Assembly: GCA_951406725.2 (NCBI GenBank)
Contig: OX597814.1
Location: 134,292,001 to 134,356,000, forward strand
Source of the DNA: Octopus vulgaris
Taxonomy: Eukaryota
Length of the DNA stretch: 64,000 bases
Reading direction: 5' to 3'
Part shown: in pieces, positions 25,344 through 39,612 of the stretch
Position numbering within the stretch: position 1 is the first letter of the stretch
How the letters are laid out: every line of letters starts with the position of its first letter
Position numbers and translations under genes: made by a program
The notes under the pieces: model-generated
Seen by the model: the letters and a program-made list of their open reading frames with translations, nothing else
What the model was told of the DNA's origin: nothing
Databases searched by the model: none

Positions 25344-28300
25344 TATATATACACACACATATATATATACACATACATATATATATACACATACATATAT
25401 ACATACTTACATACATAAATTACACATGTGCTGTTGGTAATTTCTTTTCCTTCTTCGGACATTTCCCTTTCTCCTTTCCAATGAAGAGCTACGCTTGAAA
25501 CATCAAAAACTCTCTGAGCATCAAACTAATACATTTGGTTGTGCACTTCCTCTTGTTTGTGGTTGTTAATTTTATTGTTCTCGTATTTGAACTGAGTACA
25601 TATAATCATCCTTTAATGTCTGTTTTACATGCTGGCATAGGTTGGACAGTTATGGCAGGAGCTGGCAAGGCTGGGAGCCACACCAAGTTCTATCATGTGT
25701 TTTGGCATGGCTTCTACAGCTGGATGTCCTTCCTAATGCCAACCACTTTACAGAGTGTACTGGATGTTTTTCATGTGACACCAGCACCAACACTGTCACC
25801 TTGCAAGACAAAACCCCCTCAACTGGGAGGTAGTGTGGCTTTGTGTCAGTTGGGAAATTTAAGGTACAGAAGGGACTGATATTGATGTTTTGCAGTAGAG
25901 TATCCTTGTATTGACATCACTTTGTCATTTAACGCCTATTTTCATATTGGCAATGGGTTGGATAGTTTGACAGGAACTGGCAAGCCAGAGAACTGCACCA
26001 GATTCTATTGTCTGCTTAGCATAGTTTCTACAGCTGGATGCCTTTCCTAATGCCAACTACTTCACAGACAGTGCTTTCTACGTGCCACCAGCACTGATGC
26101 TTTGATGATGTATATGAGCTTCACTTCCGTGCAAAGTGAGATTGTTTGTTTCCTGTCTTCCATGGAAAATATGTCTATAAGAAAATATCCCCTTGCTTGA
26201 AAATAGGTATGGGTTGGTAACAGGAAGGGTATCTGACGGTAAAACAATCTGCCTCAAAAACATTTTGTCTGACCAATGGAAAAGTGGACATTAAATAATG
26301 GTAATGAGGGTGATATTCATGTAATTCTCAGAAAAATTTAAGCATTAGTTTCTTACACTATTTGCATAGAAAGCTATAGAACTGAAACTTACCCCTTCAT
26401 TTAACTTAATAAACCATTTCAGGCTTTGTAAACCAAGAAAAGCTGAAAATACATTAAAAAAAAATATAAAAAATGAGCAAGGTGTGCAAAGTATGCTGAA
26501 AACTTAACTAAGAATTTATGAAAAACATATATCATGAATTATTTTATGCTTGTCTATTGTCACCAACTGGAGAATTTTATCAAAGCTTAAAGTCTAAAAA
26601 GAACATTTTTCTCTGTGACCCTCACCAACTACAGCCTTAAGCTTATGTCTATGATACTTCCCATAAACAAGACAGACTGTGAAAAATCAGCTGAAATTTA
26701 CTTCAAGATTATCAACAGAAGGGTTGCTGAGGATATGCACTGTGTTTATGACCAAGACACTTGACTCTCACCAGCTCAGTAATCCAAGCTGTATACAGAT
26801 TAGTACCTGTTATCTCTGTAATCATTAATCATTTATACAGCATTCATATATAGGTTATGGTTACGTGTTTTCTAACTTTTTTCTTTCATTAATTATTCTT
26901 GTATAGATTCCACAAAGAGATTTCTTACCAGTTTTTTCTAGAATCTCCTCTCGCTGTAGGCACTGTGTTAGAGCACTGGAAACAGCTATCAGCAAGTCAT
27001 CATGCATCTGAAATGCAGAAATTGGAATAGATTAAATATGATAAAAGGAGCAAACAAAACCAGCATAAAAGATTCAGAATTTGTATGCTGTCATGAGCAT
27101 GGTTATCTGTTGGCAAGTAGATACTGTACATGAATATCAACTTAAGAAAGGCCAAGCCAATGGTAGGAAATGACTTACTGCCTGACACCTAACATGGTTT
27201 CCGACCAGGAAGAAGCTGCCTGACTCAGCTCTTACAACACTATGACTGGGTGCTGAAACAGCTGCTCAACCACTCACAAGTGGAAATGATATATCTTGAC
27301 TTTGCAAAGGCTTTTGATAAAGTCAATCATGGAATGATATGTCACAAACTGCGTGATCTCGGCATAGTTGGAAAATTGGGAGAATGGCTTCATGACTTTC
27401 TGAAGGATAGAAGTCAGGTGGCAGTAGCCAATAGGGCCACCTCCAATGACACACAAATAGAGAGCGGTGTTCCACAAGGCACTGTTTTGGGACCACTACT
27501 GTTCATAATGGCCCTCTCAGACATGCCCTCAGCCACACAGAGAGCCATGATCACAAGTTATGCAGATGATACAAAAATCTCACAAGTAATACAGAACTCT
27601 GAAGACACTATGCACCTGCAATGTGAGCTGAATGAAATATATAAGTGGGCTGAAGAGAATAGCATGCAGTTTAACACTGAAAAGTTTCAAGCCTTTTGCT
27701 ATCAGCATACAAAACTAAATGCAATACCCATTAAATACACTGGCCCTGAGGGATTGCAATCCCAGAGGCACAATCAGTACGAGACCTGGGTATTTCCATG
27801 ACTAATGATGCATCCTTCCATGTGCATGTTGCTAAGTTGGAAATGAAATGCAGGCAGCTGACCAAAAGGATTCTTAGAACTTTTAGAACAAGAGATCAGG
27901 AAACCATGATGGTCCTCAGGAGGACACTTATCCTAAGCCACTTTGACTATTGCTCTCAGCTATGGTCACCAACCAGTGTCAAATTAATCTCAGTCAGAAG
28001 TGGAACTAAACAAAAATAATTTGTTGGCCATAAATGTTAATTTTGAAATAAAAAGAAGGTAACATAAAAACAGGAACTAGCCACTAGTCACCAAGTAAGA
28101 GTTGTGCTTTACCGGTATCTGATGAATATTGTAAACTGCAGCAGCAGCCACATCATTAATGTCACTTTGCTCCAACAAAAGGCCATTCACAACTGCCTCA
28201 CCAGTTAGTGCAAGATAGGAAAAGGTTGTACTACTCCCACTGGAACTGCTAAGAGGTACTTTTTCAGAATCCAGTCGATGATCAACAGTAGATGTTAAAA

Positions 28301-31300
28301 AGTGTAGGCCAGCTTCAGAAGAAGATAAATTGGTGATCTAAATGAATAAAAAAAAAAAAAGAAGATTAACACATAGAATAAAAACACCTTTAATTGTAGA
28401 ATGCCAAAAAACCTTTAATTAAATAAACTGTGGATCTAGAAAAATGAAATATAAAATAGACAACACAGCAGGATTTAAACTCAGAATAAGGGTTTGGGGA
28501 AATCAGACCTAGACTAAGGTATTTAAACTAGCATGCTAGCAAGTCTGCTATGTGACAATTAACTACAATAATGAACCAGTAAAGGATAAGTTTTTATGTT
28601 GCAACTTAAAATTATCAATACAGTGTAATGTTGCCTTGTTGTCTTTAAAGTTTGCAGAACAGAATTTCTACAATAAAGACAGAATGACTATAGCAAAAAA
28701 TTTGATCATATGAAGTTCAGATCAAACTAACAAATCAGAAACCAGACATGTTGAAAATGAAATCCATGTAGATTACTCTGAGTCATCCAATTAAACATAT
28801 TTGTGTTATAAGTCTTCAACAAAACTAACAACAACAATGTAACCTGGGCTGGCTGAATGTAGTTCAACAACTTTCAGTTTTAAGTTTAATTTTTATATCT
28901 AAATTATCATTTTTAAACCATTCCAGATTTTTGTGCTATTCTGCAAATCCTTACCTCTGCCAATAAGATCTGAAAACTGACCAGTTTGGATTTGTTTTAC
29001 TAGCACTAAATCTAAAAAAATCAATTGTCACAGAGAAGTACTACACATAAAGTTACACTGACCTTTGGATAATATCATTTTAGAAATGTTTGCATATTAT
29101 CAAATATGACATCCAATTGTGTAACTCTTGTCATACCAGCATTACATTGTTTTGAACTTAAGTTGTGAGTGAAAGGAGGAAACCATTCTCTCCATGCCAG
29201 ATCATCATCAGAAAAAAACCCCACAGTATATGATTGTGTTGCAGGGACATGCAAAACTGCAGGCAAAGACCATCAAAAATGAATAATGCTAGCAGCCTTA
29301 TTCCAAAAGTAGAGAGGGTATGTTAAGTAGGTGTACCTGGTTGCAGCTGGTTACAAACAATTTATTGGGCTAAGATACTTATACAGCATTCTGAAAATGA
29401 AACTACTACCATATGAAAATGTTAGCAACAAAGAATGAACTTTAATCTTTGATGCTATAAACAAATGACTTCACAAATAAGCCTTATTAACTACAACCTT
29501 GCAGATAAAAGACTTTGATGACATTATCTATAAAAGGAATAAATGAATAAGAATGACTAAACAACAGAGCCAAGATCAAGTACTTACCAACTTAAGGATT
29601 GCTACCATAATTTCAAAAGGAAGAGTTCTAAATTCCAGTAATAGAGATGCTATCATATGGTCTTCATCTTTCTGAAGTTCTTGGACAACATATCTCTTGG
29701 ATGTGAGTTCCTGCAGTAAGGACACTGCACCACACTTTATAACGCTATTGGTAACACTCTTTCTGGTCACTAATGATGCTAATATAAAGGAAAATAAAAA
29801 ATTTTAGAAAATAAGAATAATAATATCAATTAACAGGATATGCTAAATAAATCTTCTCTCTTTTACCTCTCAAATTTTAGGTATCATAATCACAATCTAA
29901 CACCCACTTTCTATGCTGACATAAATTGGGCAATTTATCAGTCCAAGTCAGTTCTTGTTCATTTACTGATCTCCTTGCCAGGTCAAAAGACTACAGTTGT
30001 AATGATATGAAACTAAATGTACTTAGCTTCACATTGTTAAATACACTGCCATGGATAAAAAGTGGTCAGCTCAGTGGCTGGAAGAACGGCAGTCAAATAG
30101 ACAACCACCCATTCTACATCATGATCTTGTAGTGCCTGCATGACACAATATAGTGGCAGTGGTAAAACAAGATAAATATATATATTGAATCGAAACTAAT
30201 CGGATTACCAGCACATTATTATCATTAAACATTGCTCAACACTACCAATGTAACAGTATCATCACTGGACATGATGTGGCACAAAACAAAAGAACAAGAA
30301 GAAAATGGATACACAGTGACAAACTGCAGGAATACACATGTTTAGCTGGAGGTATTGTTACAAATTTAAATACAAGACTATTGTTATCATATTGGCTATA
30401 CAGTGTGTGTTGTGCCACAGAAAATAACCAAATCATATGGTGTTGTATTGCACAAGAAAAACAACAACAATAATATGGCGACATCTCACATTCCCGAAAT
30501 GCAGTGGCACACAGGCAATGCAACTGAAACCCTGCAAATATTCAAAGAAAACATGTTCTATTGTGAAGATGAGGAAGTTACAGAACCAAGGAAAATAGCC
30601 TTAAAAATATTAAGAGGCATTGGAAATGAAGGACTCAAACGTTTGAATGCATCTAGCTTATCAGAGGCTGACAAGAAAAACCCAAATAAACTGTTGGATA
30701 TTATTCAAAGCACAAGTCAAGACAAACCTCAATTTCAGAGTACATCGCCTTAAACTGATGGTATGTAGACAGTAGCATGATGAGGCAATTGACGACTTTG
30801 TTACAAGAGCCCGAACAATAGCAAAAAAATGTGAGTTTGAAGAAAAAGAGCTTAAACAATTATTGATTGCTTCAACTCCCATGAAGCCTTCCAAAAGGAG
30901 CTGCTTGGAAAGGAGAAAGGCTACAAACTTGAAGATGCCCTAGCAGAGGGTAGAAAATTTGAGGCTATTCTTGCAGGAAGAAGTCAGATACAACTTGCAA
31001 GTGCAGAATCAAGCTATGCAGATGCTGTCAAGCACTCATGTAGAAATTGTGGACAAATGCACCCACCAAGAAAGTGCCCTGCACACAATGATTTCTGCAA
31101 CTTCTGCAACAAAAAGGGACAATGGGGAAAATTCTGCTGTCAACAGAACAAACAAGATAAAACAAGACAGAAAATGGCGATGGAAAAAGAGCACACAGAA
31201 AATTCCATGATATAGAATCAAGCAACAAGGCTCATATTGACTCAGAGGAAGAGAACTGTGATCCCTACCACTGCATACAAATTTCAAGCATGCAAAACGA

Positions 31301-34300
31301 AGCATTTGCAACACTGGATATCATATGTCCACAGAAAGAAAAGGTTCGACAAATAAAATTAAAGATTGATATGGGAGCAGCAGGTAACACATTATCAATG
31401 CAGACATATTGCCAGATGTACAAATCGACCATTTCAGAGAAATCAAACCTCAGGTCCTTTGACCCAAAGAAACCAACAGAACTAGAGGTAGACAGCTCAT
31501 TGAAAGGGCTCGGAGCAGCTATCATACAAGATGGCAAACCTGTGGCATTTGCATCGAAAGCCCTTGACAAAACTCAGTTAAACTACCCAAACATCAATCA
31601 TGAAATGCTGGCTGTGGTATTCGAAATCACCCGTTTGAAATCATCACAGACCACAAACTTCTAGAGTGATCGCACAAAAACCCCTTCTTCAAGCACCACC
31701 CCGACTACAAAGGATGCTCCAATAAATTCAGGGTTAATGATTTCAAAATCAAATACCACCCTGAGCATACCATGACATTGGCTGGCACCCTCTTTTGCCT
31801 CCCAAGCCATGAAGACAATGAAGACATTGACCTTGACTTGAGAGTGAATGGGATGAAATTGACTGTGGGAGAAATCCACTAATCTGAATTTGACTTTGTC
31901 AATTTTTCCATCAAAAAATGTTATCAACTGCATGAGTTCACCAGCAGGGATTCTACTTTGGCTGCACTGATGGAAACAATCACCTATGGATGGCCAGACA
32001 ACATCAAACAGGTCCCAGATGATATAAGGTTATACTGGTCTTTTCAAGATGAATTAGCTGTAGAAGATAGAATCATCTTCAAAGGGACACAAGTGTTGAT
32101 ACCTCTTCCTCTACAACATAACATTCTAGTACAGCTCCATGCCTCTCATCAAGGGAAAGAAAAGACAAAACTTCACGCTCGTGAAGGCGTCTATTGGACA
32201 AACACACAGTGCTACAAAGACATTGAAGAAATGTGAAGATCCTATCAAATATGCCAAGAATTCACAACAACCAACAACAAAGAACCACTGATACCTCATG
32301 ACATTCCCAGTGCACTATGGAAAAAAACTAGGAACAGATCTATTTGAAATCAACAGCAAATCTTATCTGCTCATTTGTGACTACTACTTCAAATTTCTGA
32401 TTGTGACTCACCTAAGCCAAACCACAAGCAAAGCAGTCACAGAGGAATTCAAAAAGATTGAGTCTTTCTTCGGCAGACCTGAAGAAATTTTCGCGGCAAT
32501 GGTCTCCAATATACCAGGCAACCATTTCAGAAATTCACACAGGAATGGGGAATTCAACACACATATAATCACCAAGGTACCCCCAATCAAATGGATTCAT
32601 AGAGACAAGTACAGACAATTAAAAAGACCATCAAAAATGTGAACGAAGCAAAGAAGACATAAACAATGAATTGTTGAATCTAAGAGTCACACTGTTAAAC
32701 TCAAAAATACTGTCACTCGTTGAGATCCTATTGGGCAGACCGATCACAACACTTGTGCCATCATGCTGGAGCTACTCTCATGAAACTCAAAGACAGAAAA
32801 CTTCTTGAAGAAAAGAAAATATAAATGAAAACTGTATATGACCAGCATGCAAAGAGGGAATTACCTCTGTTGCACAAAGGACAAGCTGTACGATTCCTTG
32901 ACAAAAACAACAAACATTGGATACCTGGAGAAATAGCAAGACAATGTAAAGAACCAAGGTCTTACATTGTGAAAGCTACATATGGAGATATGCAGAGAAA
33001 CAGAAGGGAACTGTGAGATATTGGCATAGGTATAGACAGACAGTATGAACAGACCACTTAGATGGAAAGGCCTGCCAGATTGCTCTAAAATATAGAGAGA
33101 GACAACCATCCAACAGACCCTACAAACTCCAGGAAATGGGTTACAAACCCTGCAAACCCCATGGAACATGTTACTCAACTTGACTCAAAAAAAGAAATCA
33201 AATATTCCTCCTGATAATGCAGAAACAAAATAATGGTGAGACACATGAGGAGTGCTCAATCCCAACCCCCAAAAGAATCACAAAATCAGGAAGAACAGTG
33301 AAAATACCGGAGTGCTACAAAAACTTTGTACTACAGAACTATTTGTGTTATTTTAAGTGCATGTTGCGTATTGCTCTTGCAACAAAACAGTATTTTTGTT
33401 TCCTTTCTTTGAGGGAGAAGAAACCCTATTTTCATTTGTCAGTTTTATTACTCTGTGAATTGCTTAAAGAAAAGAGGGATGTTGTAATGATACAAGGCTA
33501 AATGTACTTAGTTTAACTTAGTTAAATACACTGTTGCGGTGGCTGGGAGAACAGCAGTTGAATAGACAACCAACCACTCTGCATCGCGTTATTGTAGTAC
33601 CTGCATGGTACAATATACACCTCACATGAACATTTCAATCTTGACTTGGTTTCTATGCACTTTGCATAGTGTTTTGGATGCATTTTATCATGGTCCCAAC
33701 ATCAGAGAAGTTGTCATCTCCTCAATAAGACTAAAGAATATTCTTGACTCTATTGTGTCTTCACTCATTTGCCAACTTCTTTGCATAGTATATTAGGTTG
33801 CAAAGTGAGCTTCTTAATCACATAGCAATAACAAGGTTGAAATAAAGGGGAAAAGAATGGTGAATGTGAAAGAAATATAATACATGGAGTGAGAGGGTTT
33901 AGATTTTTAAGAAATGGGAATGGAGTTCAAATGTAAGTAAAATAAATGGAAAATGGTGTAAACACTGAAAACTAAGTGAAATGTAAAGACTGTGTTACAA
34001 CTTTGAAGATCAAACATTTTCATAAAATTAATTACCTAACATTTTCAAATGTGCTTTGCCGATGTTATGACTTGAAGAACTGGATAAACACTTGTAAATA
34101 TCTTCTAGAAGTTTCTTTTCAGTTTCATTAAGTGTTGTGGAAAATGTTTGGCTGTCTGGAAAGGACTGGAAAAATTGAAGAAAATTCCATTTATATAAGT
34201 TGCATTGGAGCAAATATTTTATGATCATATAAGCAACTTTCAACTATGGTACATGATACATGATATAGCTCTTTGCATTCAAAAGCAACATCTCTTAACT

Positions 34301-35086
34301 GTACAACAACACTTTTTAAAGTGCAAAATCTATGACAAAGAATTTATACAGTGCAGGAAAACACTCAGCAAATTGAAAATATTTGTCCATGCAGTTAGTG
34401 TTATCCTCTTTGGGTAACCTAGCATAGTTTGAACAGAACAGTAACATAGTTCACTCATTTAACAGGCTTTATGCTTGTTTCTCCATGCTGGCATGACTTA
34501 TCATCATCATCATCATTTAATGTCCGTTTTCCAAGCTGGCATGGGTTGGATGTCTTGACTGAGGTCTGGAGAGCCAGCAGCTGCACCAGGCTCCAATCTG
34601 ATCTGGCAATGTTTCTACAGTTGGATGCCCTTCTTAACGCTAACCACTCCGAGAGTGTAGTGGGTGCTTTTTTTACGTGCCACCGGCACAGGAGCCAGTT
34701 AGGCAGGCCTGGCATTGATCAAGTTCAGACAGTGCTTTTTACATGCCACCAGCACGGGAGCCAGTCAGTGGGTACTGGCATCAGCCATGTTTGGATGGTG
34801 CTTTTTATTTGTCACCAGCATGGGAGCCAGTCAGGCGGTCCTGGCATCAACAATATTCGGATGGTGCTTTTTACATGCTACTTCTACAACCAGATGCTCT
34901 TCCTATCACCAACCCTTACTTGTTATTCAAGTAAAATATTTTTTATTCTTTACTTCCAAACTCAACCTCATATCAGACTGACAAAAGCAAAAACTTTTGT
35001 TTACTGGAGAATGTAAACATTCAAAGTATCTTGCTCAGACAGCATTAATGAAAGCAAGCAAAATTAACATTCATAACACATTCATA

Positions 35087-35129
<43 letters not shown>

Positions 35130-38110
35130 ATACACACACACACACGTGAATGTGCACACAGACACATGCAAACACACACACATACATATATACACATGAC
35201 TAGCTGCCTCAGTTTTTATCCCAATTCTACTCATGAAGCCCAAACTTATAGTAGAATAGAAGATATTGGGCCAAAGTGTCATGCAGTGGGATTAAATTCA
35301 AAGCTATATGATTATAAAGCAGATTTTGTAATTACACACCCATGCCTACACCTATTATAAATATATTTGAATAAAGCCACTCGGTGTTTCTAACTGTGGT
35401 CATCTTAAGATTAATATGGTGTATATTCTCCTCATTCAAGTGGATGCTTCCACACTCACTTGTCTTGTTACTAGCACCAACAACTTTCAACATGGTCATT
35501 TTGACAACTACAAATAGCAACCAAATTCCTCTCAAACCACAGCTTACCATCTTACAAAAAGGAAGATTATATTTAGATTTGACACAATGTCTCAAAATAT
35601 AATGGAATGATCATTGCTTTGATGATAGATATGCTTGACCAGAGCTGATCTGTGACTAAACAACCAAAATAGCAATAATTCATAACAACTTCAAAGCCCT
35701 TTCATTTCAATTGAGCCATGTGCCATCACAATGCTTCTGAAATGCATCTGCTTTGGACTCCACTCACATAGTCCATTCCTACATTATTGATGTGGGAGAC
35801 AAAATCAGACAACATAGAGGAAATGACCAGAGACCGAGACCTTTGGAAGTATGCTGTGCGTGGGAAGACCCGGCAGGACAAGTGAGACCATAACCCGTGG
35901 CCTCTACCTGGGATGTAGCCAGCCCACTTATGCATACCTTTCCTTCTTGTGACACAAACCCTACTTGTGAAGACCTGTTGAGGCAAGTAAAAATCGAAAT
36001 CGAAATCTTTCAACATCAATGGAAATTGTAGCTGAGATACCAGTGCTGGTGGCACGTAAGAGAACCATCCGAATGTGGCCGTTGCCAGCTCCGCCCCGAC
36101 TGGCCTCCGTGCTGGTGGCACGTAAAAAGCACCATCCAATTGTGGCCATTGCCAGCCTCGTCTGGCACCTGTGCAGGTGGCACATAAAAAGCACCCACTA
36201 CACTCTCGGAGTGGTTGGTGTTAGGAAGGGCATCCAGCTGTAGAAACGCTGCCAGATCAGACTGGGCCTGGCGCAGCCTTCTGGCTTCCCAGACCCCAGT
36301 TGAACCATCCAACCCATGCTAGCATGGAAAAGGACGTATGATGATGATGATAGAGGGTACATTGGAATTGTGCTAAAGGCTCAGGTGAGGCTGAATAGGT
36401 AATTTCAAAAATGATTACAAGAACATTTAAAATTAATCTACAATACTATAGACATCAGTCTAGAAATACTACATCCAGAACTCATATAAAACAGCTAAAA
36501 TATAAACCGAAAGACAGTTCTGCTTCTTTATACCACTAACGATGAAGTTTGGAACTTTAAAATAATGTACAAAGCTGTGCAAATAAAACAAAAATAGTTC
36601 AGAATGTTACATATTTTTAATCATCAACATAATGAGTTTGATCACATACTTACTTCAGAAGTTGGATATGTCACAGGAGAGAATGTAGCTGAATTTGAGT
36701 TAGTATTTTTAGGAGTAGAGTTCCATGTAAGTGAATTATTCTGTAACTGAGGAGAAGGTGATGATGAGGAGGAGGATGAAGAACTAAACAAAGTTTTGCC
36801 ACCACTTGGTTGAACAGCAATACTGTTTGACATGGTTTTCATCATACTACCAAGGGGCCTTTAAAAAAATATTTAATAAAATTAGCATATAACATTTAAT
36901 AATCATAGTAGTTTTATTTAAATATTAATATTTAAAAATAATGGAAACAATGAAAATTTTACAGAAGCATTTTTAAAACATCATAATATTGGAATACACA
37001 AGCATCCTGTCCAGTCAACACCTAGACATGATGCTTGGAAAATAAGCCAAAAGCTTGAATAAACCTATCAACCAGTTGGTAACTTCTGAAAAGTTACAAC
37101 TTTCCCAGTTCTTGTGCCTTCAGATACATCGTTGTATGAATGTGCACTATATTCAATTCTACATACTTGAAGTCGCCATATTTTCACTTAACCTGCTAAA
37201 AATAGGAAGTAAATCTCCTTCAAATTACCCCTTTTAAAAAGAATGGGAGAATGCTCTGGATAAGGTAGTTCTATATACATCTGCAAAAAAATAGGATGAT
37301 CACAGCTGGAATATTTGATTACAACAGCAGTCAAATTTCATTCAAGTTGCACACTACCCCTTGAAAATGGACATATTGAACAATATAGTTCTGGATACAC
37401 TGTGTCTGAAGAGATGGGACAGGATCATCAAGGTTGGGATACCTTTGATCATAAAACTGCTCAGTCAGAGCTAATTTGGGGACAGACAACACCAAACAAA
37501 TCCATTTTGCTTAAATAGAGGTGATTCTCCTTCCAAATAGAATCACTTGGATATTTCATGGAATAAATGGTAAAAACAATTTTCTGTATATTAGACAGTT
37601 TTAATCAAGGAGTGAATAATATCTATTCTGATGAATTTATATATAGACAAGTAAGTTGCTTTTCTGTCTGATTGCTTGATAATTCAATACAGAACCAAAT
37701 TAGGTACATAAAACAGATTGAAGTGAAGTACTGGGCAGAAAATCTACAATATCAAGAACACCAAGTAAAACAACCAAATGCAATTAGCTTGGTTTTGTTT
37801 TTTCTGTAACTTGGAATGAATGTTAATGCACACATGCAAGCATATGTTCATTCAGTTCTTAGTGTAAGTGAGTCTTAAATTGTGGACTGGTCAGAGTAAT
37901 TGATTGTTGCAGACAAAATATTGATTAGTGTATATTAAAGAAAACAGCAGCAGCTCATTAGCAGAACATTTAATAATCAAGGTTCATGAAGTTGAGTACA
38001 ATGAGGTTATCAAACATCAATTTTATCTATACATACAGGAAGGAAGGCTATTTGAGAACACTTATGAAACAATGCATTAAGATGAGAAAGCAGTATAGTT
38101 TCATCTAACC

Positions 38111-38161
<51 letters not shown>

Positions 38162-39559
38162 TATCTATCTATCTCTCTCTCTCACACACACACACATACA
38201 TACAGATGCCTGTAGACAGACATAGAATATTTTTCACCAGAGTGCTCTTGACACACTGGACCACATGTTTTAGTTATATACACACTGTATGAGTATGTGG
38301 AGGCGCAATGGCCCAGTGGTTAGGACAGCGGACTCGCAGTTGTAGGATCGGGGTTTCGATTCCCAGACTGGCCGTTGTGAGTGTTTATTGAGCGAAAACA
38401 CCTAAAGCTCCATGAGGTTCCGGCAGGGGGTGGTGGCGATCCCTGCTGTACTCTTTCGCCGCAACATTCTCTCACTCCTTCTTCTGTTGGCTTGCTCGCT
38501 TAGCCAGCGGGGTGGCATCATTTCAAGGCTAAAACAATGCAAAGCGCATTGTGACCAGCGATGTGTAGCAACATCTGATAGCCTGGTCGGTCACGGTGAT
38601 CACGGTGTATGAGTATATGACTATACTCACTATTATAGGCACACTGGACTACATTTTTTTGTCATAATCACTGTGTATATTAGAATACATACCCAGTCCA
38701 TATCAAGATATAATAGAGTGAAGGAGATAGAGAATTTCTCAATACAATGCAAGATAGTATGGTGGGGTGGAGCACTGAGTTAGTAAAAGTGCACGGTGGT
38801 ATGATGCAGTACAGCATATGTGAGGATATGTTATAGACTTGAGTTAATATAGAGTGTTATAGCATTATAGTTTCAAATTTTGGCACAAGCCAGCAAGTTC
38901 AGCTGAAGGAGTAAGTCGATTACATATCAACCCCATAGATAAACTGGTACTTATGTTATCAGCTCCAAAAAGGGCAAAGTTGACCTCGGCAAAATTTGAA
39001 CTCAGAATGTAAAGATAAACAAAATGCCACTAAGCATTTTGCACAGCATGGTAATGATTCCACCAGCTTGCTGGCTTGACTGTAATAGCATACTGCTGAG
39101 CAGATGTGGTTGTTGTTGATTAGCTTCAAGTCAGTCCAGACAAAACAGACCTATGATGAAACACTCTAGCACTGATGTTTTTGTATTTTGTAAAATTTAA
39201 TGTATTTTGATTTACATTATCTAATATGTTCTTCCATTTTAAATGATGGTGAAGTATAATTTCAGATAGGTTTACCAATAGATAGATCCTCTCTTATTAG
39301 CTCATGTAATTAGTGTTATAGCATGGAACATGTTACTGCCATGTGTGTCTATAGCCACACTGATTAGCCTCAGGTCAACTGGGATGAAGCAGACTTATCA
39401 AAAATGCTTCCAAATGTAGCCATCCTGTCTTTTTTTTAAGTTAGTAGGGTATGAGTTAAAGGAAATGTGGTTGCTATTTCTATAGGGTGAGCTCCTACAT
39501 AAAGGCTTCTGATTGATTATGTTTGTACATACTGGTTAAATTAAATTGCACCAATATAG

Positions 39560-39612
<53 letters not shown>

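Noticed and set aside
27250-27801. Functional reverse transcriptase gene, or one CR1 element split between 27125-27995 and 40970-41410
   Set aside because: It is a frameshifted fragment. The two pieces are separated by five host exons, so they are more simply independent insertions.
36040-36200. CRISPR-like repeat-spacer pattern (TGCTGGTGGCACGTAAAAAGCACC units; also 34660-34880 and 46965-47110)
   Set aside because: This is a eukaryotic RTE 3'UTR minisatellite. The spacers are related to each other and there are no cas genes.
38297-38372. tRNA gene
   Set aside because: The tRNA-like head continues into a TSD-flanked SINE body and occurs in several diverged copies.
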